64,000 nucleotides of DNA from Octopus sinensis (GCF_006345805.1 NC_043006.1:94612001-94676000); one strand, 5' to 3'; counted from the first letter of the stretch, positions 11,591 through 26,784 are shown. Numbers and translations: made by a program. The notes: a model not told the origin generated them from the sequence alone.

Positions 11591-11778
11591 ACTTGTTGCA
11601 ATTGTTAATGTTGTTATTCACGTTCCTATTATTGTAATTATTGTCATAGCTATTAGTATCGTTATTTTTCATTAGTATTGTGATTATCAGTCGTGTTAAG
11701 GTAACACTGTTGTTGTTGTCCTTATCATAATTATTATTGTTGTTGTTGCTGTTATTATTATTATTATCATTATTATTA

Positions 11779-11810
<32 letters not shown>

Positions 11811-11811
11811 A

Positions 11812-12010
11812 ACGTGGTGAGCTTGCAGAAACGTTAGCACGCCTAGCGAAATGCTTAGCGGTGTTTTGTCTTTACGTTCTGATTTCAAATTCCGTCAATG
11901 TCGACTTTGCCTTTCATCCTTTCCGGATCGCTAAAATATGGTCGATGTAATCCACTTGGCTCCTCCCCCCCCCAAAATTTCTGGCCTTGTGCCTAAATTC
12001 GAAATCACTA
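11812..12010 (+). mobile_element. SINE family I copy
   Basis: GGTGAGCTTGCAGAAACGTTAGCACGCC...GTCGACTTTGCCTTTCATCC...GGCCTTGTGCC. Confidence 0.8.
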
Positions 12011-12039
12011 CTCTCCTTCTTCTTCGTCTTCTTATTTTA

Positions 12040-12561
12040 TTGTCTTTGCACAGCTTCTGACGATGGAGATATACTACGATGTCAGCTGTTCAGTGAATTA
12101 AGGTAACACCCCTTAATTCTCGAGCACCATCCGGAGTGCTGGAACTTTTCCAAGCAGTGCTGTTTTCTACTGCCGCTCCACCCTTATTGCAGCCCCTATT
12201 TGTTCCATGTACTTCTAGAGATTTTCACTCAATGCTCCCAGGACTTCAACAATTATTGGTACTACTACCACCGTTTTGAGCGACCACAGCTGCTTAACCT
12301 CCCAAGCTAACCTGTTATATCTCTCGACTTTTCTTTCTTTCTTATCACATACCTTGTTGTCAGCTGGGCAAGCTATATCTATGATCCAGCATAGTTTGTT
12401 TTCTTTCTCAATTAAGACTATGTCTGGCTTCCTATTCTCTATCTCATGATGGCATTGAATCATAAAATCCCATAGGATCTGTGCGTTATCATTTTCGATG
12501 ATGCCTTCGGGTTTGTGGTCTAACCAATTTGTTGCTCTGTTAAGTCCATACTTCTGGCAAA

Positions 12562-12562
<1 letters not shown>
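12040..12562 (-). mobile_element. R4/Dong-like non-LTR 3' fragment (RLE endonuclease), subfamily X
   Basis: RKPDIVLIEK...IIDIACPAD...K..KVERY..L..E..VPIIV.VLGAL is a PD-(D/E)XK RLE motif. The fragment abuts (TAA)n. Confidence 0.8.
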
Positions 12563-12626
<64 letters not shown>

Positions 12627-12631
12627 CATTA

Positions 12632-12665
<34 letters not shown>

Positions 12666-12772
12666 GTTGTTGTTGTTGTGTTAATGTTATTGTTGTTGTT
12701 ATTATGATTATTATTAATATGATTATTATGAGTATTATTATTATTATTATTATTAATAATATTATTATTATA

Positions 12773-12803
<31 letters not shown>

Positions 12804-12824
12804 TATATTATTATTATTATTATA

Positions 12825-12879
<55 letters not shown>

Positions 12880-12881
<2 letters not shown>

Positions 12882-13710
12882 TATGTTTGACTTTTGCTTT
12901 ATATTTGTACAAGTTGGCTCCAAGTCTCACCCAGAGACCTCAAGAGACAACAGGTTGGAATTTCATGTTGCTGTTATGCCTAGTGTGCCATATATTTGGC
13001 TTTTTTTTTGGGTGTTGTACTAGTGAATGTCTAAAAAAAAACGAAAATTATGTTTGTTTTAAAACTTGAGATTACATAGAAAGTATTTTGCGTAGGATAT
13101 GAGCAGTTCCCATGAACACTATCTTTTGAATTTCTGCCATTTTTGGGTTTCCTGGTATCTGAGTTAGGTAGCAATCAGCCCCTTTTGCTATCATTCCCAG
13201 GGCACCTATGAAAAACAGGTACTGTTTTAGTCTTCGGGTTCCACATTTTGCTGATTTCTATTTCCAGATCTTTATATTTGTTCAGTTTCTGGTAGGTCTT
13301 GACAGATACGTTTATATCGATTGGGACAGTCATATCAATGAGAAGGCATGTTTTTTGTCTGAAGATTTTTTACTATGATGTCTGGCCTATTTGCATCTAT
13401 CTTTCTGTCAGTTTGAATGGTGAAGTCCAGAGGAGTGAGATGTGGTCATTTTAAAGCACTGGAGGTGGATTGTGTTCCAACCAGTTTTTTTTCATGGGGC
13501 AAATCCAGGATTTTGCTAATTACCCAGTGAATATATTGTGCAGCTCTATCATGCCTGTTGAGATACTCTGTAGGCGCTAGAAGACTGCACTTGGAGACAA
13601 CATGATCAATGGTTTCATTTTGTTGTTGATATACACGACATGTTGGGCTACTGCCGTTCTTTAATATGTTGGCCTGGTAGTTTCTTGTTGGTAGGCATTG
13701 ATCTTGAGCG
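12880..13710 (-). mobile_element. R4/Dong-like non-LTR 3' fragment (zinc finger + RLE), subfamily Y, copy 1
   Basis: AAQDQ.L.TRNY...CR.....ETIDH...RHD...RPDII...IDMTVP.D...GALG, with the stop at ~13072. Flanked by (TAA)n. Confidence 0.85.
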
Positions 13711-13713
13711 CTA

Positions 13714-13754
<41 letters not shown>

Positions 13755-13808
13755 TTATTATTATTATTATATTATTATTGTTTTGTTGTTTGTTGTTTGT
13801 TGTTGTTA

Positions 13809-13847
<39 letters not shown>

Positions 13848-13942
13848 GGTTGTTGTTGTTTGTTGTTGTTGTTATTATTATTATTATTATTATATTATTA
13901 TTATTATTATTGTTGTTGTTGTTGTTGTTGTTGTTATTATTA

Positions 13943-13975
<33 letters not shown>

Positions 13976-14026
13976 GTTGTTGTTGTGTTGTTGTTGTTGT
14001 TGTTATTATTATTATTATTATTATTA

Positions 14027-14337
14027 TTGCCTTTGCACCGCTTCTAACGCTGTCATAGTGAACTAAGATAACATCTCTTATTTTTCGAGCACCTTCCAGA
14101 CTATTCGAGCGGTTGCAAGCAGTACTGTTTTTCTGCAAGTGCTCCACCTTTATTGAAGCCCATATTTTTTCCACTTCTCGAGATTTTTGCTCACTGCTTC
14201 CAGGGCTCCACAATTATTGGTACTATGTTACCTTTTTCATCGACCGCAACTGCTTTACTTCCCAAGCTAATCTTTCATATCTTTAAACTTTTCATTCTTC
14301 CTTATCGCATGCCTTGTTGTCAGCTGGGCAAGCTGCG
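14027..14337 (-). mobile_element. R4/Dong-like 3' fragment, subfamily X', copy 1
   Basis: Homologous to 12050-12375 (shared GTCAGCTGGGCAAGC and ACAATTATTGGTACT). Ends in a TAA repeat. Confidence 0.75.
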
Positions 14338-14517
14338 ATTATTGTTCTTTGTGTTCATCCTTTCGGGGCGATAAATGAAGTACCCAGTCAAGTATTGGTG
14401 TTGATGTCATCGAGCAGTACCACCACCCACAAATTTAAGGCCTTGTGCCTCTAGTAGAAAGGATTATTATTATTATTATTATTATTTTATTATTATTATA
14501 TATTATTATTATTAATA

Positions 14518-14550
<33 letters not shown>

Positions 14551-14599
14551 GTCATTATTATTATTATTATCATCATTATTATTATTATTATTATTATTA

Positions 14600-14639
<40 letters not shown>

Positions 14640-14666
14640 TTATTATTATTGTTATTATTATTATCA

Positions 14667-14723
<57 letters not shown>

Positions 14724-14752
14724 TATCATTATTATTATTATTATTATTATTA

Positions 14753-14789
<37 letters not shown>

Positions 14790-14861
14790 ATTATTATTAT
14801 TATTATTATATTATCATTATTATTATTATTATCATCATTATTATTATTATTATATTATTAA

Positions 14862-14932
<71 letters not shown>

Positions 14933-14963
14933 TATTATTATTATCATTATTATTATATTATTA

Positions 14964-15036
<73 letters not shown>

Positions 15037-15143
15037 GTGTTGTTGTTGTTAATGTTATTGTAGTTGTTATTATGATTATTATTAATATGATTATTATGAG
15101 TATTATTATTATTATTATAATAATATTATTATTATAATTATTA

Positions 15144-15181
<38 letters not shown>

Positions 15182-15186
15182 TATTT

Positions 15187-15995
15187 CTATGTTTGACTTT
15201 TGCTTTATATTTGTACAAGTTGGCTCCAAGTCTCACCCAGAACCTCAAGAGACACAGGTTGGAATTTCATGTTGCTGTTATGCCTAGTGTGCCATATATT
15301 TGGCTTTTTTTTGGGTTTGTACAAGTGAATGTCTAAAAAAAAAACGAAATTATGTTTGTTTTAAAACTTGAGATTACATAGAAAGTATTTTGCGTAGGAT
15401 ATGAGCAGTTCCCATGAACACTATCTTTTGAATTTCTGCGCATTTTTGGGTTTCCTGGTATCTGAGTTAGGTAGCAATCAGCCCCTTTTGCTATCATTCC
15501 CAGGGCACCTATGAAAAACAGTACTGTTTTAGTCTTCGGGTTCCACATTTTGCTGATTTCTATTTCCAGATCTTTATATTTGTTCAGTTTCTGTAGGTCT
15601 TGACAGATACGTTTATATCGATTGGGACAGTCATATCAATGAGAAGGCATGTTTTTTGTCTGAAGATTTTTACTATGATGTCTGGCATATTTGCATCTAT
15701 CTTTCTGTCAGTTTGAATGGTGAAGTCCAGAGGAGTGAGATGTGGTCATTTTAAAGCACTGGAGGTGGATTGTGTTCCAACCAGTTTTTTTTCATGGGGC
15801 AAATCCAGGATTTTGCTAATTACCCAGTGAATATATTGTGCAGCTCTATCATGCCTGTTGAGATACTCTGTAGGCATCTCAACATGATCAATGGTTTCAT
15901 TTTGTTGTTGATATACACGACATGTTGGGCTACTGCCGTTCTTTAATATGTTGGCCTGGTAGTTTCTTGTTGGTAGGCATTGATCTTGAGCTGCT
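15187..15995 (-). mobile_element. R4/Dong-like fragment, subfamily Y, copy 2
   Basis: Near-identical to 12880-13710. Confidence 0.85.
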
Positions 15996-15996
15996 A

Positions 15997-16091
<95 letters not shown>

Positions 16092-16104
16092 ATTATTATT
16101 ATTA

Positions 16105-16413
16105 TTGCCTTTGCACCGCTTCTAACGCTGTCATAGTGAACTAAGATAACATCTCTTATTTTTCGAGCACCTTCCAGACTATTCGAGCGGTTGCAAGCAG
16201 TACTGTTTTCTGCAAGTGCTCCACCTTTATTGAAGCCCATATTTGTTCCACTTCTCGAGATTTTTGCTCACTGCTTCCAGGGCTCCACAATTATTGGTAC
16301 TACTGCTACCTTTTTCATCGACCGCAACTGCTTTACTTCCCAAGCTAATCTTTCATATCTTTAAACTTTTCATTCTTCCTTATCGCATGCCTTGTTGTCA
16401 GCTGGGCAAGCTG
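16105..16413 (-). mobile_element. R4/Dong-like fragment, subfamily X', copy 2
   Basis: Near-identical to 14027-14337. Confidence 0.75.
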
Positions 16414-16541
16414 CTATTATTGTTCTTTGTGTTTCATCCTTTCGGGGTCGATAAATGAAGTACCAGTCAAGTATTGGTGTTGATGTCATCGAGCAGTACC
16501 ACCGCCCACAAATTTAAGGCCTTGTGCCTCTAGTAGAAAGG

Positions 16542-16584
<43 letters not shown>

Positions 16585-16638
16585 TATTATTATTATATTA
16601 TTATTATATTATTATTATTATCATTATTATTATTATTA

Positions 16639-16700
<62 letters not shown>

Positions 16701-17351
16701 TTATTTATTATTATTACCGCTGTTAGTGCTGTTGCTGTCGTCAGTGTTGCAGTTATAACTTGTTATTTTTTCTTATTTTTAGCAGTTGTCTGTTGTTATT
16801 ACAATTGGTATCACTGCTGCTGATGTTATTAATGTAATCGTTGCTGTTGTACACGTCACTGTTGTTGTTGTTGTCGCAACAATACTTCCCGTAATAAAAA
16901 CAACAAAATAATCCAAATCAAAATGTAAAATAACCAGTTAAAGTTCCTGTACATTGGAATATCGTCTAAGATCAAATAGATATTATTAAACATTTATTTG
17001 GCTGTCTAAAACAGTTGCCTTGACGACTGGTGCTGCTCTCAGTGCTGTTGCAGCCGTCATTGCAGTTACTACTGTTGCTAGTAATAATGGCGAGTATTTG
17101 TAGGACAAAATGACAATGCTAAACATGGCGCCTGGTTGTTGTTCTCTTCCGTCGTTTTGCTGTTGCAGTTTGTGGTCTTGGTAGTGGCAACAGTGTGTGC
17201 TCTAGCCTCACATAATATTAGGTCATAATATATAGCATAATATATCTAGGTTTCCATTATTTAATGTATCTTACCTATATTAAAGACGCTATGTAAAGAT
17301 TTGTGAAACTTTTATGCTATATATACATGTGTGTATATATATATATGCATA

Positions 17352-17391
<40 letters not shown>

Positions 17392-17729
17392 CCCAGACGT
17401 GCGGCCACTTGAAGACTCCTTCGTTGGTTAGTGTTGCTTGTGTTGTGGTTATTGTCGATCTCCTGGCGGTGATTTAACTTTTTGGTACCGATCAATGTCC
17501 AAGAAACAACAGCGTGGCTTATTGCTTCTTGAAATCGATAAAGTTTTAGAAGAGTAAGCGATAATAATGGACCAAAAACACCCAGAAAATGAAGAATGCA
17601 CACAAGAACACGCACACACACATACACATACGCACATATGCACATGTACACTGAGGCATGCCCTCATAGAGGTACAGACACACACATACGCATATGTTCG
17701 AACCCATAGTTACGAACATACATATACAC

Positions 17730-17767
<38 letters not shown>

Positions 17768-18549
17768 GCATACATACGTATATGTATAATAACTGTCATA
17801 AAAAACAGAAGGAAGAAGCTAAGCGTGTTCATTAAATATAAATCAATTGGTTTCTGATTGGTTTTTGGTTAGGATTTAATATCTTGGAGAGAGAAAGAAA
17901 GAATGAAAGAGAAAAGGAATAAAAGAAAAGGTATTTTAGTAAAAAAAAAATGGCGAAAAGTATAAACAAAAATTCCCCCCAAAAAAGAGCTGAAAGATAC
18001 AGAGATGACGAAATTAAAATGAATTCACCAGAGAGAAACTGAAAGGAAAGTTGAAGGAAATAATTCAAAAAATAAAAATAAATTCCTCCCACCACCACCC
18101 GGAAATAAGAAAATAAAAGAAACACTGACAAATTCGAAGGCAAAAATGGCGGAATAGGATGAAAGATTGAAAGTAAGGTAGGCGTGTAGGTGGGAGGGAG
18201 AGTTGTTGTGGTTGTGGTGGTGGAAGCGACAGGGTATGCTGTAGGGATAAAAACTGGAAGAGAAAAACAGTGAATGAAAGAAAAGTAAGTGGTAAGGGAG
18301 AGGGTGGTAGTTGGGGGATTCGACAAATGGGTGTGTTGTTTTTGCTTTTATGATTTGAGGATAAAAAATGAGAGAAATGTGAAAGAGTAGAATAATTGGA
18401 AAAGAATTTATGAAAATAAAATGAAATCAATCAATCAATATATATGTGTATGTGTATACACTTACACACACACAAACACACACATACACACATATATACC
18501 CATACATATATATATGTATATGTGTATGATTGCATGTATATATATATGT

Positions 18550-20160
<1,611 letters not shown>

Positions 20161-20287
20161 TTTCTCTATCTATTTATCTACCTATCTTTGTATTTAGACA
20201 TCTGAAAAGTATGTAGACATATCTTGCTGTTTTATTTCTGCGGACACTACCATCGAACAGTATATTAATTGTTTCCAGCCAATAGCC

Positions 20288-20560
20288 ATGCCGCGGTCAC
20301 CAAGAGCAACCGAGTTGTCTGATTTTCAAAGGCGTGTATTGTGGATCAATGTAAGGGTAGATTAGCCAGGATAGAATTACACAAGTCTCACGGATGTATG
20401 TTACCACATTCATTAGGGTGATTGTATAATTAACTAGCGAAGGGAAGGAATCAACATCCCACTAAGGTCGACCATGACCCTCTGATAGGTTTTTTGGGCT
20501 GTCAAGCGGATGGTTGAAGATATTCCCCGTTGTAAAACCACTGACGCTGAAGAGCAGTTC
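20288..20560 (+). mobile_element. Tc1-like transposase N-terminal remnant
   Basis: MPRSPRATELSDFQR...AVKRMVED resembles the paired-like HTH start of Tc1 transposases. Contains frameshifts and stops. Confidence 0.55.
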
Positions 20561-21109
20561 CGAATGAGCCGGTATACTTCTTAAAATTATCTTCATCTAC
20601 TTGGTTACTATGGCAGAGCAGCTGGAAAGAAACCTTTTCTTCGGCCAACAAATATCCAACGAAAAAAAGAGAAATAAATCTGAAATGAAAGGAGAAATAA
20701 AAGAAATAAAATGAGGGTGTCTCTTTGCTTTTCGGGTGTCTGTGTATATTTTGTTTATGAATTTGTCATGTAAACAGTTTCCAACTGAAAGCGTCTGTTG
20801 ACACAAATATTGTTATATTTTGGAAATCATATCATTAAAACCTATAAACAAAGTCACTAGAGTATGTTTCTCAACATTCTTTCTATTGTCTTTTCTCCCG
20901 GAAACCTTTCATCACGTGACCCCAGTGACATCGACAACGGCTTCACATTGAATCAGATTTTGTGTGTATTGCTCAAGTGCATGAGAGTAAACTAATGGCA
21001 TTTTTATTTATTTGCATGTTATTTTATTCTTCATCAATTGTTGACAGCAAAAGAACACGTGTGTGTGTTGTGTGTGAATGTGTTTTTGTGTCGACGTGAG
21101 AGAGAGAGG

Positions 21110-21960
21110 GAAAGAGAAAGATTAGTCATCAAATACCCAACAAAAGTCTACCTATTTTAGATATGGAAGTATAGCTAAAAATTATAAATAGTCTACACGC
21201 ATTATGTGAAACTTATAGCCACCTAACACCAGGTACTCCAGAATTTTACTATCTCGATACACGCAGAAATAAGCATTTTAGTGGAATATCTAACAAGAGT
21301 GGTGAGTAATGAATCTTGTGCGCGTTCATCACGAGGCTTCATCACGAGACACGTACTGGATGTTATCCAGCGCATGCAGCTCTTCGGATACAACCAACTA
21401 GACCAAATTAAGGTATACAGAGGAGCCGGAAAAAAGTATGAAACTATATAAAAAAATGATACAAATGAATTGACCTCATGTACCAGAACAATTTCTGGAA
21501 CAAATCGGAAAGAAAATGTAAAAAGCTGAACAGGAAAAATTTCTGGTACTCCAAAAATATAAAGAAGCAGACAGCAATTTTCATCGATGCTGCACGCAAA
21601 GTTGAACAAGCAAGTAAAATTAGAAAAGATCCATAGAAATAGACATAAAAATAAATGTAGTTGTGATAAAACTTACAGAACAAGCTGATCCTTTAAGTCG
21701 CTATTATATAAGACATCCATTTCAGAAAATATTCTGCACTGACAACAGTAGAGTATACTCAACCAATCCAGAGATAAACTGCAAAACTATGAAAATAGAC
21801 GCATGGAAAAGCGATTTAGGGATACATCCACAACATTTATAGGAGAAACTTCTCGCAGTTTAAGATAAAGTATTGCAGTCAGGGGAGTGAATAAGATGGA
21901 AAGAAGCTACATGCGTCACATAAAGACAATGGTTCGTTAAAAATGCTGAAGTAAAAGTTG
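21110..21960 (+). mobile_element. degenerate Penelope-like element (RT C-terminus to GIY-YIG)
   Basis: SLPILDMEV...YTHYVK; QRMQLFGY...KKYE; PHVPEQFLEQI; FIGETSRSL. Multiple stops. Confidence 0.55.
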
Positions 21961-22407
21961 TGTGTTATTACCTAAAATACTAAAGTTAAGACTTATTATG
22001 AAGTCTTTGCAAATATAGGAAACATGTTTTGGACCTACCCACATTCAATGAGGCTAAATCCAAACACAGAAATCACCCTGCATACACAAGTAGGCTCAAT
22101 AAGATAAAAGAAACTAACAAATGACAATTGTCGTCAGCTTACACGGTTATCATAGAAGGAAGGAAAAAAAGGTAAAAAAAAATTCAGTCAGAAAATCTAA
22201 TTCATCATCTGGAAAATGTATACCCGTTGAAAAAACCACAGAGGGGATACGACGAAAAACTTTTAGAAGGAACAAAGAAAAGAAAAAAAGGAAGGAAAGA
22301 AAAATACAAACAATTGTGAGTGTGTTTGTAGACATTGATAATATAACTCTTCAAAACGTACATACACAAGTATGTTTGAATGTATATATGTGTGTTATAC
22401 ATATACA

Positions 22408-22454
<47 letters not shown>

Positions 22455-22514
22455 ATTACATATATAATATATATACCTTATACATATATATATGTATATA
22501 TATATATATGTATA

Positions 22515-22578
<64 letters not shown>

Positions 22579-22583
22579 ATAAG

Positions 22584-22628
<45 letters not shown>

Positions 22629-22984
22629 CACAGAGGAGAGAGGGAGATAAAAGAATGGAGGGAGAGATAGGTAGATAGACTGGCAGGTGGATAGAAACAA
22701 TGAAAATAATATACAGTAAGATGAAATAAAAAGCATTTTCTAAATGAAACGAACCGGAAAACATCAGAAGAATAAAAGGAAAGAATTGTGGTTAAGAAAC
22801 AATAAATACCAGTAAAAATAAATATTGAAACAATAAAATACGAGGAAATATAGAAGATAATGGAAAGGAAGAATAAATGGGACAAAAAGAAAGCGGGGAA
22901 ACGAAAGAATAGAAGAAAGTTTAGTTAAATGTATGTTGGAATAAAAATTTGGAACAGAGAAAAAACAATGTTTTGATTATATTT

Positions 22985-23330
22985 ATATGAGAAAGTGGTC
23001 GATGTTATTGTCATTTAGGCTCTGGTTAGAGACTGATGAAAATTTATTTATTATTACGGACATATCAAAGTTTTCAACTTCAACATGGAAAAGAGAATCA
23101 GGGCTGAGTGGGGGATGCATCCCGAGACCGCAGAGAATTCTTCAGAAGCTGAGTGAATGTAGCGAGAATGGCACAAACGAAGCGTCCTAAACTCACCACG
23201 CACCTGTAGGATGAAAACCAGATAGGATAGCGCAACACTGGCTTCTTGGTGAGTAGGAGAACTCGCGATTTTGGGGGTTCCTTGGTTGGCCTAGGAAAAA
23301 AGAAAGCCTATGGTGTCAGGAAGATTGCAG
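22985..23330 (+). mobile_element. degenerate Tx1/L1-like ORF2 C-terminus and 3'UTR
   Basis: Weak similarity in translation to the end of 34560-35060 (EVV..., FNFNMEKRIRAE...). Confidence 0.4.
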
Positions 23331-23485
23331 TATTATCAACGCATTAACACAGTACTCGATGCATACATTTATTTCATCATTCAGTTGTTTGTATGTCAAG
23401 AGCAAGTCTTTGAGGAATCCTGTGGCGTATCTCCATTAAAGATCAAGAGAATTTAAAATACACATTCGGAAATGTGTGTGTGTAT

Positions 23486-23540
<55 letters not shown>

Positions 23541-23589
23541 AGTATGTATATATATATATGTATGTATATATATATATATATATATAGGT

Positions 23590-23655
23590 GAGGCTAGGCT
23601 CACCAATCACATGCGTGGCACCTTGGTCAAGTGTCTTCTGCTATAACCTCGAGCC
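23590..23655 (+). mobile_element. SINE family II 5' fragment cut by the assembly gap
   Basis: TGCGTGGCACCTTGGTCAAGTGTCTTCTGCTATAACCTCGAGCC matches 46205-46250. Confidence 0.75.
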
Positions 23656-23755
23656 NNNNNNNNNNNNNNNNNNNNNNNNNNNNNNNNNNNNNNNNNNNNN
23701 NNNNNNNNNNNNNNNNNNNNNNNNNNNNNNNNNNNNNNNNNNNNNNNNNNNNNNN
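23656..23755. other. assembly gap (100 N)
   Basis: Run of N; the true size is unknown. Confidence 1.
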
Positions 23756-23759
23756 ATAT

Positions 23760-24800
23760 ATAATTGTAGCATGTCAGAATTCAGAAGAGCCATTATAACC
23801 AGTTTATGCCGTTATCATTTGCGTATATCATTATTTCACCAAATATTTTATTTATGCTGATTCACTAAACTTATGTACAAAGATTTGAAGCTTACAATAG
23901 TTTTGACATAACTTACTTTGATTATTTGGTCATCGCATATTTTGCTTCTACATAGATTTTTTACATCAAGCTCTTTCCTTGATTGATATATATATATATA
24001 TGATGTGTGTATCTGTGTGCGAGTGTATATATATATATATATATATTTCTCTTTTGCGTCTTTGCTAATATTGCCCCCAACTCTATTTTATTTGCCCTCG
24101 TATGTCAAACTTGTTTTCTAGATATTTCATTTCAATTTTCGTTCTTCATAGTCTTGTTAATGATATTCCTGCATTTCCGTAACGTTCTCCGTTACTACTT
24201 TATATGCTCCGAATTATTTGAATCTGCATATATTTTGTATTCCTAATTATTCTTTCAATCTGAGGCAAGATAAAAGATATATTACCTTTTTCTGCATTCA
24301 GTCTTATAATTTTCTTTGTGTCCCTCTCTTTCAAACCTTTTGGGCTTTCATATTCGTTCGGCTTTTCTATCAAAATATATATGATTACAGTAGAATCATA
24401 AGCGATCTGGTTGTATTTGTTGCCGTTAACTTATCTTTTCCTATTTTAGTGTCTATCTGTGAGGCTGCACATTCGTACTTGTATAAATTTATCATAAATT
24501 CTTCATCTAAATGCAAATTTGTTAAGTCCCCCAGAAAGACATTTTCGGAAGTCAGTGTCTTTCAATATTGTTTCTTTCACAATCACAATATCTTGTGATA
24601 TATAGTAAAATAGGTTATATTGTTTATGAGTTTCATAAACAGGTTGATCTCCGGAGCAAAGTCGATCTGTATATTTCTTTCGTTAGATTCCGTATCTTAA
24701 TGCTTGTATCTTTATATTTCGTATCTTATTCTTGTTACATTTGTACAGATTTGCTGCTTTAACACTCCTACCATTATCTGATTATATTTGTTGTCTGTGT
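23760..24800 (-). mobile_element. highly degenerate Penelope-like element (N-terminus to RT)
   Basis: Minus-strand motifs in PLE order: CLSGGLNKFA (LSKGLNF-like), NAEKGN (ADKGN-like), IVSFKSLY (VSFDV.SLY-like). Confidence 0.4.
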
Positions 24801-25124
24801 CCAAAAGGTATTTTTAACGTTTTATTAATTTACTTCAATAAGAGGCTCCATATAATTCCTTTCCACACACTCACTCACACACTTATACGTACACATGTAT
24901 ATATGTATGTGTGTATATGATTATCTGGGTTTGTGTGTCTGCGTCTGTGTGCAAATGAACATATTTAAATTTTGTTATATATATATACGTGTTGACAACA
25001 CTAAGCAGTGAGGTGTATAAACACAAACTTGTTTTAATAGGTCAAATATGCTTGAAGCATATTCAAACAGTATGAGATTCACTGTATTTTGTCACGGAGA
25101 AAATTTCTGCATGACAATCGTACT

Positions 25125-25149
<25 letters not shown>

Positions 25150-25171
<22 letters not shown>

Positions 25172-25335
25172 CAGAGTAATTCCTCGACTATCGCAGGTGT
25201 TACGTTCCAAAACCTCCCACAGGAATAATTAAAGTCTAACAAATATAAAGACCTATCGGTCGCAGAAAGCCGCGATTTACTGAGGAGTCCGCGATATAAA
25301 TTTACTTATATTAGCCAGAAAAATCCGCAATAGGG
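25150..25335. mobile_element. Tigger/pogo-like terminal inverted repeat and subterminal sequence
   Basis: TACAGAGTAATTCCTCGACTATCGCAGGTGTTACGTTCC after TA, followed by repeated (AAAT)CCGCGA motifs. Confidence 0.55.
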
Positions 25336-25519
25336 CCAGCCTTATTTTGTATTATGTTGAATCTTCCCGAAAACTGTGTTAAAGATATGTGTGGCTGTGG
25401 AGTACTCAGACAGTTACACGTATGCTTCACGAGCAAGTTCTTCGTTGATCGGATCAGCTGGAACGATCGTCACAACACAAAGTGTGCCAGTTTATCTTTG
25501 CACCGCGATTATCATATAA

Positions 25520-25980
25520 TTGTTTATCCAGGAGCTTAAGTTAATAGCCATATGCCTTTAGAGAGACTTGGTGACTGTGAGATGTGAACAAGAAAATAAC
25601 CTCCACCCCACCCGAACCAAAAGCATATTCTTGTCATTTTCCTCTTCCCTCTGTCGTTCAGCTTCAAAAAGATTTGTCACAGTGGAGATGGAATGATGCC
25701 AGCCGGGCCTGTCTTGAACTTCAATGTCCCAGGCTTTGGGATCGATTCAAGTCAGTTTTAGACTTTGCTTCAGCTGATTCTTGTATCGACGGAGTGGACA
25801 GCCATGGAGTCTTCTTCCGGTGGAAAGTTCCCAATATTTGACGCGGCAGCCTGCTTTCTTTCCATCTTGCTACGTGGTCCACCCATCTCAGACGATGTTT
25901 CAGAATGGTAGTCTTGATGCTGCCGCTTTTTTTGTTCTCTCCAAAACGAAGACAACGGTCACATAGTCGTTCCATTAACA
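25520..25980 (-). mobile_element. RTE-clade LINE 3' fragment
   Basis: ILKHRLRWVDHVAR...RLPRQIL.GELSTGRRLHGCPLRRYKNQLKQSLK...AWD...QDRPGW, typical of the RTE/BovB C-terminus. Confidence 0.8.
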
Positions 25981-26001
25981 TTCATAATATTATATGCATA
26001 T

Positions 26002-26050
<49 letters not shown>

Positions 26051-26242
26051 ATAAACTATTAATGTACATGGTAGTATATTACGGTTGCGAAACGAAATAT
26101 TATGTTGTAGTCAGTAATTAATATTCACATGCCAGCTACCAGCAATATGTTTAATATGTAAATTGGTCCATCCAGTTGTGCTACACCACTAAACTTAGTT
26201 GCTATTTAAGCAATGTGTTCAAGGTTATATGATATTTTGAAC

Positions 26243-26284
26243 ATAGTGCTGACGAAAGGGCAACAACACTTGAAATATCCATAT
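26243..26284 (+). ncRNA. minimal type I hammerhead motif
   Basis: AUAGUG-CUGACGA-AAG(loop)CUU-GAAA-UA-UC^CAUAU. Stem I is weak and bulged. Confidence 0.55.
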
Positions 26285-26784
26285 ACATCTTTTACCTATT
26301 TTTCTATCTTCGTGAGCATTGCTTTCATAAACATATTCATTTACGAAATGTCGCAACTTTTAGTTGTGGCTGTGATTTCTATAGAAAATCTGTAAAGCAG
26401 CGCACTGCTAACACAAAAGTAAGGCTCAATATTGTCTTGTGAACCGTTAATATACCTGGGAGTATAGTATGATTGCAAAATGAAATACTCTGCCCTTGCT
26501 ATATATACATGACAACATCAATTTGATGGAGAGACTGAGCTAATATGCGGCACGAACATCCTTATAAACGAATCATTTGTTCAGATCGTTCGGCAAACGC
26601 TGAACACTCATACGTCATCTTCGACGAGTGAGTCCATCATGTCTTTGTGTGTGTGTGTATTCAATTATATATATATTGGTGGTATTCCCTTGAAAGAATG
26701 TTTATTTCAGAACATTTAAGGTACATCTCTCTCTCTCTCTTTCTTTCTCTCTCTCTCTCCCACACACACACACTCTCTCTATCC

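Larger units (their letters stand above)
12660..16700. repeat. tandem duplication of a ~2.3-kb unit (about 12660-15030 and 15031-16700) embedded in (ATT)n/(GTT)n
   Basis: Both units have the same order: microsatellite pattern, Dong Y, Dong X', SINE tail. Confidence 0.85.

Noticed and set aside
17390-17610. Non-repetitive island that could be a minus-strand exon (EAISHAVVSWTLIGTKK...)
   Set aside because: No recognisable domain, no convincing donor site and no partner exons.
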